Shown here piece after piece: positions 18,497 to 28,248 of a stretch of DNA of 64,000 nt; the first letter of the stretch is position 1; each line of letters begins with the position of its first letter. This DNA is from Pseudonocardiaceae bacterium (GTDB lineage Bacteria > Actinomycetota > Actinomycetes > Mycobacteriales > Pseudonocardiaceae): the NCBI GenBank assembly GCA_050699875.1, contig JBOHFX010000091.1:1631-65630 (forward strand), given 5' to 3'. The translations under genes and the position numbers were made by a program. Below the pieces are notes generated by a model that saw only the letters and a list, made by a program, of their open reading frames with translations, searched no databases and had not been told where the DNA came from.

Positions 18497-19324
18497 TTAC
18501 CCGTAAAGTCCTTCGAACGTGTCGCGGAACACCCGCCTGGCGAGCTCACCGTCGCCGGTGGCTGTACGCAGCTTCGCCAGCTCACCGGCGAAATCCCCCC
18601 AGGGCTGGTCGCTGGCGAACAGGATCCGGTCGTGGCCCACTCCGCGCCGGTTGATTTCGCGGACCAGCCAGCGCGGAGCGAATCCGATCGACCAGGACAG
18701 GTCGGTGTAGATCCGTTTGCCGGCCGCGATCCAGTCGAAGAACCGTGCGCCGGCCAACTTGATGTGGCCGCTCATTCCGCCACCGAAGTGCACCAGGTGA
18801 ATCGCTACCCTGTCGCCGTAGGAGTCGACCAGGCGGCCGACTTCGTCGATGTCCGAATTCCCGCCGGGCGAGGTGTGCACGTGCACCACCAGATTGTGTT
18901 CCCGGGCGACGTGGAAGATTTCATCAAGCAGGGGTGTGCACTCCTGGTCGGTCACCCGGCCACCGAGCAGGAAACTCAACTTCAGCGCTCGCACCCCAGG
19001 CTCACCGGCCAGCGCCAGTGCCTTGGTCGTTCGGTCGGCGTCGGCGGGCTTGGGTGATACCCACAGTGCTGCCCTGATCCGGTCGTCGGTATGGGCTGCC
19101 TCAATGACCAGTTCGTTGAACGAGAACGCGATGTCCGGGTCCGGCACGCCGTAATTCGGGATGACCAGTGCCCGTTCCGTTCCTTCGGTGTCCAGATCCG
19201 AGATCAACTCGGCAATAGTGGCCCTGGCGGTCGTATCGGGATTGACTGCAGGGCCGCCGTAGAACGGGAATGCCGGTAGCACTCCCAGGTGTCGGTGAGC
19301 GTCGAAGACGCGACTGGCGGACAC
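18497..19324 (-). CDS. Amidohydrolase-fold (TIM-barrel metal-dependent hydrolase) protein
   Basis: 'RVFDAHRHLG' (HxH metal motif), 'VVHVHTSPG', 'AIHLVHFGGG', 'ILFASDQPW'. GTG start at 19324, 5 nt after the flavoprotein stop. The longer ORF start overlaps the upstream gene. Confidence 0.7.
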   Translation of the reverse strand: MSASRVFDAHRHLGVLPAFPFYGGPAVNPDTTARATIAELISDLDTEGTERALVIPNYGVPDPDIAFSFNELVIEAAHTDDRIRAALWVSPKPADADRTTKALALAGEPGVRALKLSFLLGGRVTDQECTPLLDEIFHVAREHNLVVHVHTSPGGNSDIDEVGRLVDSYGDRVAIHLVHFGGGMSGHIKLAGARFFDWIAAGKRIYTDLSWSIGFAPRWLVREINRRGVGHDRILFASDQPWGDFAGELAKLRTATGDGELARRVFRDTFEGLYG

Positions 19325-19328
19325 GGCG

Positions 19329-20689
19329 TCACGCCACCGTGCGGGGAGCGACCCACTCGTCGTCCCGCGGGTAGGTGCTGGTCGAGGTGCCCGCAATCCA
19401 CCGGAACACGTGGTCGGAGCTGGCAGTGATGCGCTCAGCGAGGTACCTGGCGTCATCGGCCACTCCGGACAGCCGGCCGGAACCCCAGGTGTGCTGCCAG
19501 GGCAGCCCGAGGAAGAACAGGCCAGGGCTGCTGGTGACACCTCGATCATGCGTCGGGTAACCACGGCCGTCGAATACCGGCACCTCGATCCACCGGTCGT
19601 CGCGACCGAATCCGGTGCTCCAGATCACCGAGGTGACTGCGGTGTCGCCGAGCTCTAATCGGGTGGTTTCCCGCTCGGGTGTCCACACCGGCGTATAGCG
19701 TGATTCGGGCGCAGCGTCGATACAATGCGCCTCGATATGGTCGTCGATGGAGTCCTTGATGCTTTCCGATACCGCATCGGCCTGATCGAGGTTCCTTGCC
19801 AAGTCCGGTGCGAACCGCAACGCGTTCGCGTCCACAGCGACCAGGCGCCCGTAAAGGCGCATCCCTTGCCGGGCGAAGGCGCGCAGGTCGATATCCCGCC
19901 CACCGTCGCGTCCGGTGACGTAATGGTTCACCCGAAACCGCACCGCGTCCGCATCAGCGAACTCGTCGACCGCCTTGCGGTAGTAACCCACCGCGTCCAG
20001 CCAGGCGACTACGTCGCGGCCGCGGTAGAACCGGGCCACTCGCGGGGCGCTACCCACTGCGAGATGTACTTGACGGCCTGCCAGATGCAGATCCTCGGCG
20101 ATCTGGCAGCCGGACTGCCCGGTACCGACCACCAGCACCTCACCGGACGGAAGCTGGTCGGGACCGCGGTATTGCGACGAATGGATCTGCATCAGCTCGT
20201 CGGGCAGTCGGTCGCCCAGCCGGGAATCAGCGGCACCTGGTATGGACCGGTGGCCAGCACGACTCGATCGGCGATCAGCTCTCCGTTGCTGGTACCGACC
20301 AGGTACCGACCTTGACGATCGCGGCGCAACCGGGTAGCCGCGACGCCCTCGATGACCGGTGGGTTGAATGACTGCGCGTATGCCTGGATATACCCGGCAA
20401 TCTCGTCGCGCGTCATGAATCCGTCCGGATCATCGCCGGCGTACGGAAACCCAGGCAGTTGGCACTGCCAATTGGGTGTCACCAGGCAGAAGGAATCCCA
20501 TCGCCGGTCCCGCCATTCATGGCCGACGCGGTCACGCTCCAGCACGACATGATCGACGCCGCGTCGGGTGAGGCAGTAGCTCATGGACAAACCGGCCTGT
20601 CCGCCACCGACGACCACCACCGAATGATGTACGCCCTCGAGGTCTTCGCAAGTATCACCGGGCGTCGAGGCCTTCGCGGTCAGGGTCAT
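19329..20689 (-). pseudogene. Flavin-dependent oxidoreductase (two-dinucleotide-fold, MSMEG_0569-type) split by a 1-nt frameshift
   Basis: The N-terminal ORF (20192-20689) has 'VVVVGGGQAGLS'. The C-terminal ORF (19329-20192) has '[17 protein letters not shown]'. Across the junction, frame A reads '...[20 protein letters not shown]' and frame B reads '[19 protein letters not shown]', so one base is missing near CCCGGCTGGGCG (about 20216-20224). Confidence 0.6.
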
Positions 20690-20867
20690 GCCCCGAATCC
20701 CTCCACGGTAAGTGCCTCACGGCCCGGCCATACGGAAACGCTAAGAACGTGCTTTACTGAGATTGCAAGGTATTCGTGGGCTTTAGTACAGCGGGCGATT
20801 ATTTCCGATTCGTTGCATCCGGAACATCGGCGTGTTGCAAATAAACGCCGGATGTAAATCGCACGTC

Positions 20868-21809
20868 TCAGTGGTGCCGGCGTAGGCCAAGTCGGCGGGG
20901 GCGCCGTTCTCGGGGTATCTGGCCGTTGGTCTCGCCGCCACGCCTGCGGCGCACCGCGGCGCCGGCCCTGGCGGCGGCACCGGCCACCCGTCGTCGCAGC
21001 GGCGGGCGCAGCCCGAGCCGTCGCATGCTGCGAGCGGTGCGGCGGATCGCCCGGCGCTGGCCAGGCGGGACCTCCCACGCCGAGGGATGCCGGGCGAGCC
21101 ATCGGTAGCGGTAGCTCGCATAGGGCACGTGGACCAGATACAGCAGCAACGCCACACCTAGTGATGCGAACGGGAACGTGATCACCGCGGCCGCCAGCCC
21201 GGCGATCAGCACCAGCAGCGGTGCCATCGCACGGGGTGACACCCGCACTGTCTTCATGGACAGCGTGGGTAACCGGCTCACCATCGCCATGGCCACCGCG
21301 ATGGTCCATGCCGCCACGGTCGCCGGCGATGACCACCAGCCCGCACCGAACTGGAGGAAGACCGTGAGTGGGAGCAACGCCAGCAGCGCGCCGGCCGGAG
21401 TGGGGACTCCGACGAAGAACTCTTTGGCGAAGGGCAACGCCTCGGTGTCGTCCAGCAGCGTGTTGAACCGAGCCAGCCGCAACACTGCGCACACCGAGAA
21501 CACCAGCGCCACCGGCCACCCGATCCGGGTGCCATCCAGCACCCAGACGAACAGCACGGCCGCGGGTGCTACCCCAAAGGACACACAGTCGGCCAGCGAG
21601 TCCAGCTCGGCACCGATCCGGGAGGTGGCGTCGAGCAACCGGGCCAGCCGGCCGTCCAGAGCATCCAGCAGCGCCGCGAGCGCGATCGCGGTCAGCGCGC
21701 CGATGTAGTTGCCGTCCAGGGCGAACTTCAGCGCGGAAAGACCCGAGCACAGCGCCAACACGGTGATCGCGTTGGGCAGCAGGCGGACCCCGGCGCCAGC
21801 GTTGGGCAC
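20868..21809 (-). CDS. pssA: CDP-diacylglycerol--serine O-phosphatidyltransferase
   Basis: CDP-alcohol transferase motif 'DALDGRLARLLDATSRIGAELDSLAD'; polytopic membrane protein. GTG start 3 nt after the psd stop. Confidence 0.85.
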   Translation of the reverse strand: MPNAGAGVRLLPNAITVLALCSGLSALKFALDGNYIGALTAIALAALLDALDGRLARLLDATSRIGAELDSLADCVSFGVAPAAVLFVWVLDGTRIGWPVALVFSVCAVLRLARFNTLLDDTEALPFAKEFFVGVPTPAGALLALLPLTVFLQFGAGWWSSPATVAAWTIAVAMAMVSRLPTLSMKTVRVSPRAMAPLLVLIAGLAAAVITFPFASLGVALLLYLVHVPYASYRYRWLARHPSAWEVPPGQRRAIRRTARSMRRLGLRPPLRRRVAGAAARAGAAVRRRRGGETNGQIPRERRPRRLGLRRHH

Positions 21810-21812
21810 GTC

Positions 21813-22526
21813 TCAGGCCTCCCCCGCCACGGGGAGTCGAGCCAGCGCGGTTTCTCCACCCACGGTGTGCTGGCCGGTTCGAACCAGCACGGTGCTGCCC
21901 GGCGGGAGGTAAAGGTCCACCCGGGAGCCGAAGCGGATCAGACCATAGGTTGCCCCGGCCCGCACGATGTCGCCAGGTTGCACCGAGCAGACGATCCGGC
22001 GGGCCACCAGGCCGGCGATCTGTACCACGACGAGGTCATGGCCGGTCGTGGAGCGCAGCAGAACACTGGCGCGCTCGTTGTCCTCGCTGGCCTTGTCCAG
22101 GTCGGCGGTGAGGAATTTGCCGGGTCGATAGACGACGTCGCGAATCTCACCGTCCACGGGGATGCGCTGCACGTGCACGTCGAACACGGACAGGAACACG
22201 CTGATCCGCGGGCGCACCCGGTTGTCAAGACCCAGCTCGGCGGGCGCGAGAGCGGGGGTCACGCTGGTCACTGTGCCGTCCGCGGGAGCCACCGCGAGCC
22301 GTTGGTCCTGAGGCGGTACTCGGTGCGGTTCGCGGAAGAACGCGGCACAGCCCGCGGTGGCGACGGCGCCGAGCGCGCCCGCGGTCGGGGACAGCCTGCG
22401 CAGCAGTAACGCCACGACCGCCGCTGTGGCGACGAAGGGCCGGCCTGCTGGGTGCATCGGTGGGAGAGTCTCGCGCGCGAGGTCCACCAGGTGCCGCAGC
22501 GTCGTGGGAAACCGGGGAGACGCCAT
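21813..22526 (-). CDS. psd: Phosphatidylserine decarboxylase proenzyme
   Basis: 'GLIRFGSRVDLYLP' contains the Gly-Ser self-cleavage site. Start taken at 'MASPRFPTTLRHLV'. Operonic with pssA. Confidence 0.85.
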   Translation of the reverse strand: MASPRFPTTLRHLVDLARETLPPMHPAGRPFVATAAVVALLLRRLSPTAGALGAVATAGCAAFFREPHRVPPQDQRLAVAPADGTVTSVTPALAPAELGLDNRVRPRISVFLSVFDVHVQRIPVDGEIRDVVYRPGKFLTADLDKASEDNERASVLLRSTTGHDLVVVQIAGLVARRIVCSVQPGDIVRAGATYGLIRFGSRVDLYLPPGSTVLVRTGQHTVGGETALARLPVAGEA

Positions 22527-22635
22527 ACGTTCGCTGCGATCCTCGATTGGAGCTTTCCGGGTCAGGGGTGACGGGGGGAACGGCCCGCCATGCGACTGCT
22601 CACCGTACGCCCATAGCCCGGGGCTCAGGGAACGA

Positions 22636-22756
22636 CACCGGGGATCCACCGTCCCCCGACGGAGGATCCCCGGTGCCCGCAACCGCTCGTCCGCTCCCCA
22701 GCTTCCCGAACGGTTTTCTCCCAGCGCGCTTCCTGCGTCCCCCGACGACGCAGGAA
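22636..22756. other. Two stable hairpins sharing an identical 12-mer (CGTCCCCCGACG) in the roughly 400-bp moeA-psd spacer; candidate structured RNA or terminators
   Basis: H1 (22636-22675): CACCGGGGATCC / GGATCCCCGGTG (12 bp), then an A-A mismatch, then CCGTC / GACGG (5 bp), with loop CCCC. H2 (22730-22756): TTCCTGCGTC / GACGCAGGAA (10 bp), with loop CCCCGAC. Confidence 0.4.
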
Positions 22757-22922
22757 CCCCACGCCATTCTGGGATGCGGCAGCTCCGCGGGGCGTTTGTT
22801 ACACTCAGTGTGCTGTGACTCACTCCCGATCACAAGGCCTGTCCGGGTGTCGTGGATTTCTCACACATCCACAGTGAGTGACGATGCTGGCTTGCCGCTT
22901 GTGCACAGTGCACAGTGCGCAG

Positions 22923-24140
22923 TCAGGCGCCGCTGGTGAGCACGGCCACGACCTCCTCGCCTATCGCGACGTGAGTGGTGTTTTCCGGAATGTCGATCAG
23001 GCAGTTCGATCTGGCCAGCGCGGCGAGCAGGTGCGAGGCGGGGCCCCCGATCGGAGCGACGGTGCCTGCGGCGGGATCGAATGCGCCGCGCCGGAACTGC
23101 CGCTTGCCCGCTGGTGACTCCACTGCCTCGGTCAGCCGGGCGGTGGCCCGAAGCCGGTGCACCGGCAGGCCCATCGCGGCCCGCATCGCCGGACGGACGA
23201 ACACCTCGAAGGACACCGAAGCGCTCACCGGGTTGCCCGGTAGCGCCGCCACCGGCACTCCTCGATAACGGCCGGCTCCCTGCGGACCGCCGGGTTGCAT
23301 GGCAACCTTGCCGAAATCCACACCCTGACCGGTCATGGCGCTCTTGACCACCTCGTACGCCCCCGCGCTGACCCCGCCGGAGGTCACCAGCAGGTCCATC
23401 CCAGCCAGCCGGGGGGCTAGCGCGGCCTCCAGCGCGGCGACGTCGTCCGGTACGAAATGCATCAACTGGGCCTCGCCGCAGGCCTCGCGCACTGCCGCGG
23501 CGAGCATCGTGCCGTTCGACTCGTAGATCTGCCCGTGCTCCAGCGGGGTGCCCGGCACGACAAGCTCGGAACCGGTGGACAGCACCAACACCCGCACTGG
23601 GCGGTGCACCGGCAGGCCCGAGCGGCCGAGCGCGGCGGCCACACCGAGTTGCGCCGGCCCCAGCACCACGCCCGCCGGCAGCACCTCGTCGCCGGCCGCC
23701 ACGTCGCCCCCGGCCGGCCGCACACTGTCGCCGGGCGAGCGGGCGGCGAAAATCTGCACCTGGTGGCGCCCCCCGTCGGTGAGTTCCACTGGCACCACCG
23801 CATCCGCGCCCGCTGGCATCGGTGCCCCGGTCATGATCCGGTGCGCGGTGTGCGGCTTCAACAAGGGTGAGTCCGTGCGTCCCGCGGGGATGTCCTCGGT
23901 GACCGGCAGCTGCACCGGCGCGTCGGCGGTGGCGTGCGCGATGTCCGCCGAGCGCACCGCGTAACCGTCCATACCGGAGTTGTCGAAGGGCGGTAGCGGC
24001 ACCGTCGCGGTGATCGGCTCGGCCAGGGCAAGGCCGGCGCATTCCACCAGCGGTAGCCGGATCACCGGGGTGGCGACCAGCAGAGCGGCCACCACTCGGG
24101 CATGCTCGTCGACGGTTCGGGGTTTCTGCGCGATGGACAC
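22923..24140 (-). CDS. moeA: Molybdopterin molybdenumtransferase
   Basis: 405 aa: 'PPFDNSGMDGYAV', 'RIMTGAPMPAGADAVV', 'LVTSGGVSAGAYEVVK', 'GNPVSASVSFEVFVRP'. Confidence 0.85.
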   Translation of the reverse strand: MSIAQKPRTVDEHARVVAALLVATPVIRLPLVECAGLALAEPITATVPLPPFDNSGMDGYAVRSADIAHATADAPVQLPVTEDIPAGRTDSPLLKPHTAHRIMTGAPMPAGADAVVPVELTDGGRHQVQIFAARSPGDSVRPAGGDVAAGDEVLPAGVVLGPAQLGVAAALGRSGLPVHRPVRVLVLSTGSELVVPGTPLEHGQIYESNGTMLAAAVREACGEAQLMHFVPDDVAALEAALAPRLAGMDLLVTSGGVSAGAYEVVKSAMTGQGVDFGKVAMQPGGPQGAGRYRGVPVAALPGNPVSASVSFEVFVRPAMRAAMGLPVHRLRATARLTEAVESPAGKRQFRRGAFDPAAGTVAPIGGPASHLLAALARSNCLIDIPENTTHVAIGEEVVAVLTSGA

Positions 24141-24217
24141 CTCCCGAATCCTGCCCGGTGCCGCTGCGCCACCCCAGTACCCGGTGAGGTCACGTGGCGA
24201 TGGCGAGGGGCGAGCCA

Positions 24218-24279
24218 GCTTGCACTCTCACGGTCCGAGTGCTAAACACGGGCTTAGCACTCGACCCCTTCGAGTGCCA
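24218..24279 (+). promoter_or_regulatory. Two tandem CIRCE (HrcA operator) elements upstream of groEL
   Basis: CTTGCACTC-N9-GAGTGCTAA at 24218-24244 and TTAGCACTC-N9-GAGTGCCAG at 24253-24279. The consensus is TTAGCACTC-N9-GAGTGCTAA. Confidence 0.8.
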
Positions 24280-24395
24280 GCTGTACCAACACCGAGGTCG
24301 GGACGGTGAGTCCGGCAATCGCCGGACGTCCGTCGCGGGCACCGAGCCTGGCCGAGCACCGTGTCCTTGCCGCGGAAGCCCCGCGGCGCCCATGA

Positions 24396-26042
<1,647 letters not shown>

Positions 26043-26060
26043 TCCGCTTCCGCTGTACCC

Positions 26061-26100
26061 GCAAGGGCCCGGTCCTCCAGAGGACCGGGCCCTTGCCTTT
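26061..26100 (+). terminator. Rho-independent terminator after groEL
   Basis: GCAAGGGCCCGGTCCT (26061-26076) / AGGACCGGGCCCTTGC (26081-26096), a perfect 16-bp stem with a 4-nt loop, followed by CTTT. Confidence 0.75.
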
Positions 26101-26216
26101 CCCCAGGGCGTCCCTCGGCTGCATTCTGGGAACTACAACGCAGTAACTCAGGCCCTCGTAGGTACTTCCGGAGACAAAACGCACTAATGCGGCGATCGAG
26201 CGGCTAGCGTCGCCTC

Positions 26217-26972
26217 ATGCGGGGGTTGGGACCTATTGGCTCGGGAGACGGGGTAGTTCCCGGCTTGGTCGATGTCGGGGCGGCGCTGGCCGACGTCTCT
26301 GCCATCGGACCTTTCTACGAGATCGACACTCTGATGGCGGGTCCGGGATGGGTCCCGATGAGCGGTCTGATCGATGGCTGTGACCTCGCCGTCCGGATCG
26401 ACGTCACGCTCGATGCACTCCGCAGGCGAATTGATCGCGACGACGTCGACGTCCGAGTCGCTGCCTCGCTGGTGCAGTTGAACCTGTCTGCACGGTTGTT
26501 GTCACCGGCGATCGCACTGGCCGCCAGATACTCGGTGGTACCGCAGTTGTCGCTTTCGACGTTGCGCTGGCAGCCACGTCTCGGAGGCGCTGCGCCTGTC
26601 GGTGTGCGGCACCCACGGGTGTTCCACGGCGGGAGTACGGCAAAGCTGGCCGCGTTGATCGACGAGCACGTGCTGCTGCCATCAGTCGAGCCTCTGATGA
26701 CCGCTACCGGCATAACGGTGAAGATCTCGCCGCAGGTCCTTCGGGGAAACGTTGGCTCCGCGTTCGCGGGTGCCGCTGCGGTGATCGCGGCGCAGGACCC
26801 GTCGGCGGGCGACCGCGCTCGAGCGCTCGTCCAGCTGCTGCTGGACACCACTCCGCGCGCTGGTACGGGCCACTATGTCGACGGCCGGTTCCACCGCCGA
26901 AGCTGCTGCTTGTACTACCGGATCGAGCCATCAGCTGGCACCTGCGCGGATTGCGTGCTGGGCACGGTGTGA
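26217..26972 (+). CDS. FhuF-like (2Fe-2S)-binding ferric-siderophore reductase family protein
   Basis: The C-terminal 'RRSCCLYYRIEPSAGTCADCVL' is CC-x11-C-x2-C, resembling the FhuF C-terminal cluster motif. The N-terminal start is uncertain. Confidence 0.55.
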   Translation: MRGLGPIGSGDGVVPGLVDVGAALADVSAIGPFYEIDTLMAGPGWVPMSGLIDGCDLAVRIDVTLDALRRRIDRDDVDVRVAASLVQLNLSARLLSPAIALAARYSVVPQLSLSTLRWQPRLGGAAPVGVRHPRVFHGGSTAKLAALIDEHVLLPSVEPLMTATGITVKISPQVLRGNVGSAFAGAAAVIAAQDPSAGDRARALVQLLLDTTPRAGTGHYVDGRFHRRSCCLYYRIEPSAGTCADCVLGTV

Positions 26973-28231
26973 AAGCGTCCCAGCTGGCCGCAAAACCTCC
27001 GTTGTCCCGTCGACTGGGGCCGGCCGACGCGGTCATTCTGGGATTGGGCTCGATGCTCGGTGCCGGAGTGTTCGCCACCTTCGCGCCGGCCGCGGCGGCC
27101 GCGGGTGCCGGGCTGCTGATCGCGCTGGCCATCGCCGCGATCGTGGCCTACTGCAACGCTATTTCTTCTGCCCAGCTAGCGGCCCGATACCCCGAATCAG
27201 GAGGTTCGTATCGATACGGCCGCCACCGGCTGGGGCCGGCCTGGGGTTTCCTGGCGGGCTGGGGATTCGTGATCGGCAAGACGGCCAGCTGCGCGGCGAT
27301 GGCCCTCACCTTCGGTGCCTACACCTGGCCCACCAACCCCACCCCACCGGCGGTGGCCGTCGTGGTGACCCTCACTGTGGTGAACTATCTCGGGATAGCC
27401 AAGACCGCCCGGCTGACCCGGGTCCTGGTCGCGCTGACGCTGCTCGCCCTGGCCGCGGTCGTCGTGGCTGCCCTGGGTGGTGGCCAGGCCGAGCCCGCCA
27501 ACCTCACCGGCTGGACCAGCGGCGGGGTTATCGGCATCACTCAAGCCGCCGCGCTGCTGTTCTTCGCCTTCGCCGGCTACGCCCGGATCGCCACCCTGGG
27601 CGAAGAGGTGCGGGACCCCGCGCGCATCATCCCGCTGGCCATCCCGCTCGCGCTCAGCATCGTCGTCGCCATCTATGCAGTGGTCGGTACCGCCGCACTG
27701 GCCGCGGTGGGCCCCACCGTACTGGCTCACTCGGCAGCGCCGCTGGCGGCGGCCACCCAGTCTGGCACGCTGAGCTGGCTGACCCCCGTGGTGCGCATCG
27801 GCGGCGCCATCGCGTCAGCCGGTGTGCTGCTGTCGTTGCTGGCCGGTGTCGGCCGAACCGTCCTGGCCATGGCTCGCGACCACGAACTCCCACCCGCGCT
27901 GGCGGCCGTCCACCCCCGCTTCCAGGTACCCCACCGCGCCGAGATCCTGCTCGGTGTGACGATCACGACCATCGTGCTGTTTACTGACCTGCGCAACGCC
28001 ATCGGCTTCGCCAGCTTCGCCATCCTGATCTACTACGCGATCGCCAACGCCGCCTCGTTCACCCTGGCTGACCGCCAACGTCGCTGGCGCCGCCCGCTGG
28101 CCGTCCTCGGGCTTACCGGCTGCGCCGTCCTCGCGATGACCCTGCCGCTGACCACCGTGCTGACCGGCACCGCCGTCCTCGTGCTGGGGCTGCTTGGCAG
28201 AGCGGTCCGAACGATCAGGAGCCGACGCTGA
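26969..28231 (+). CDS. APC-superfamily amino acid permease
   Basis: 12-TM protein: 'ILGLGSMLGAGVFATFAPAA', 'YCNAISSAQLAARYPESGGSYRYG'. GTG at 26969 overlaps the upstream stop (GTGA). The ORF-track start is 26951. Confidence 0.8.
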   Translation: MKASQLAAKPPLSRRLGPADAVILGLGSMLGAGVFATFAPAAAAAGAGLLIALAIAAIVAYCNAISSAQLAARYPESGGSYRYGRHRLGPAWGFLAGWGFVIGKTASCAAMALTFGAYTWPTNPTPPAVAVVVTLTVVNYLGIAKTARLTRVLVALTLLALAAVVVAALGGGQAEPANLTGWTSGGVIGITQAAALLFFAFAGYARIATLGEEVRDPARIIPLAIPLALSIVVAIYAVVGTAALAAVGPTVLAHSAAPLAAATQSGTLSWLTPVVRIGGAIASAGVLLSLLAGVGRTVLAMARDHELPPALAAVHPRFQVPHRAEILLGVTITTIVLFTDLRNAIGFASFAILIYYAIANAASFTLADRQRRWRRPLAVLGLTGCAVLAMTLPLTTVLTGTAVLVLGLLGRAVRTIRSRR

Positions 28232-28248
28232 CTCCCGCGCCTGCGGAG

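Noticed and set aside
20690-20867. GlnR-type (gTnAc-n6-GaAAc) nitrogen-regulator box in the promoter region of the Nit1C-type operon.
   Set aside because: I found GGAAAC at about 20733 and several GTnAC-like pentamers, but none with the required spacing on either strand. Only an imperfect hairpin (CATCC...GGCGT / ACGCCGGATG, 20816-20853) is evident. A proper matrix scan is needed.
22636-22800. Assignment of the two C-loop hairpins to the 6C sRNA family, with a plus-strand terminator at 22761-22800.
   Set aside because: The loops have five rather than six or more cytosines. The hairpins are 54 nt apart. The genomic context differs from what I recall for 6C. The downstream 'terminator' has only 5+4 bp of pairing. 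This is kept as a resemblance only.
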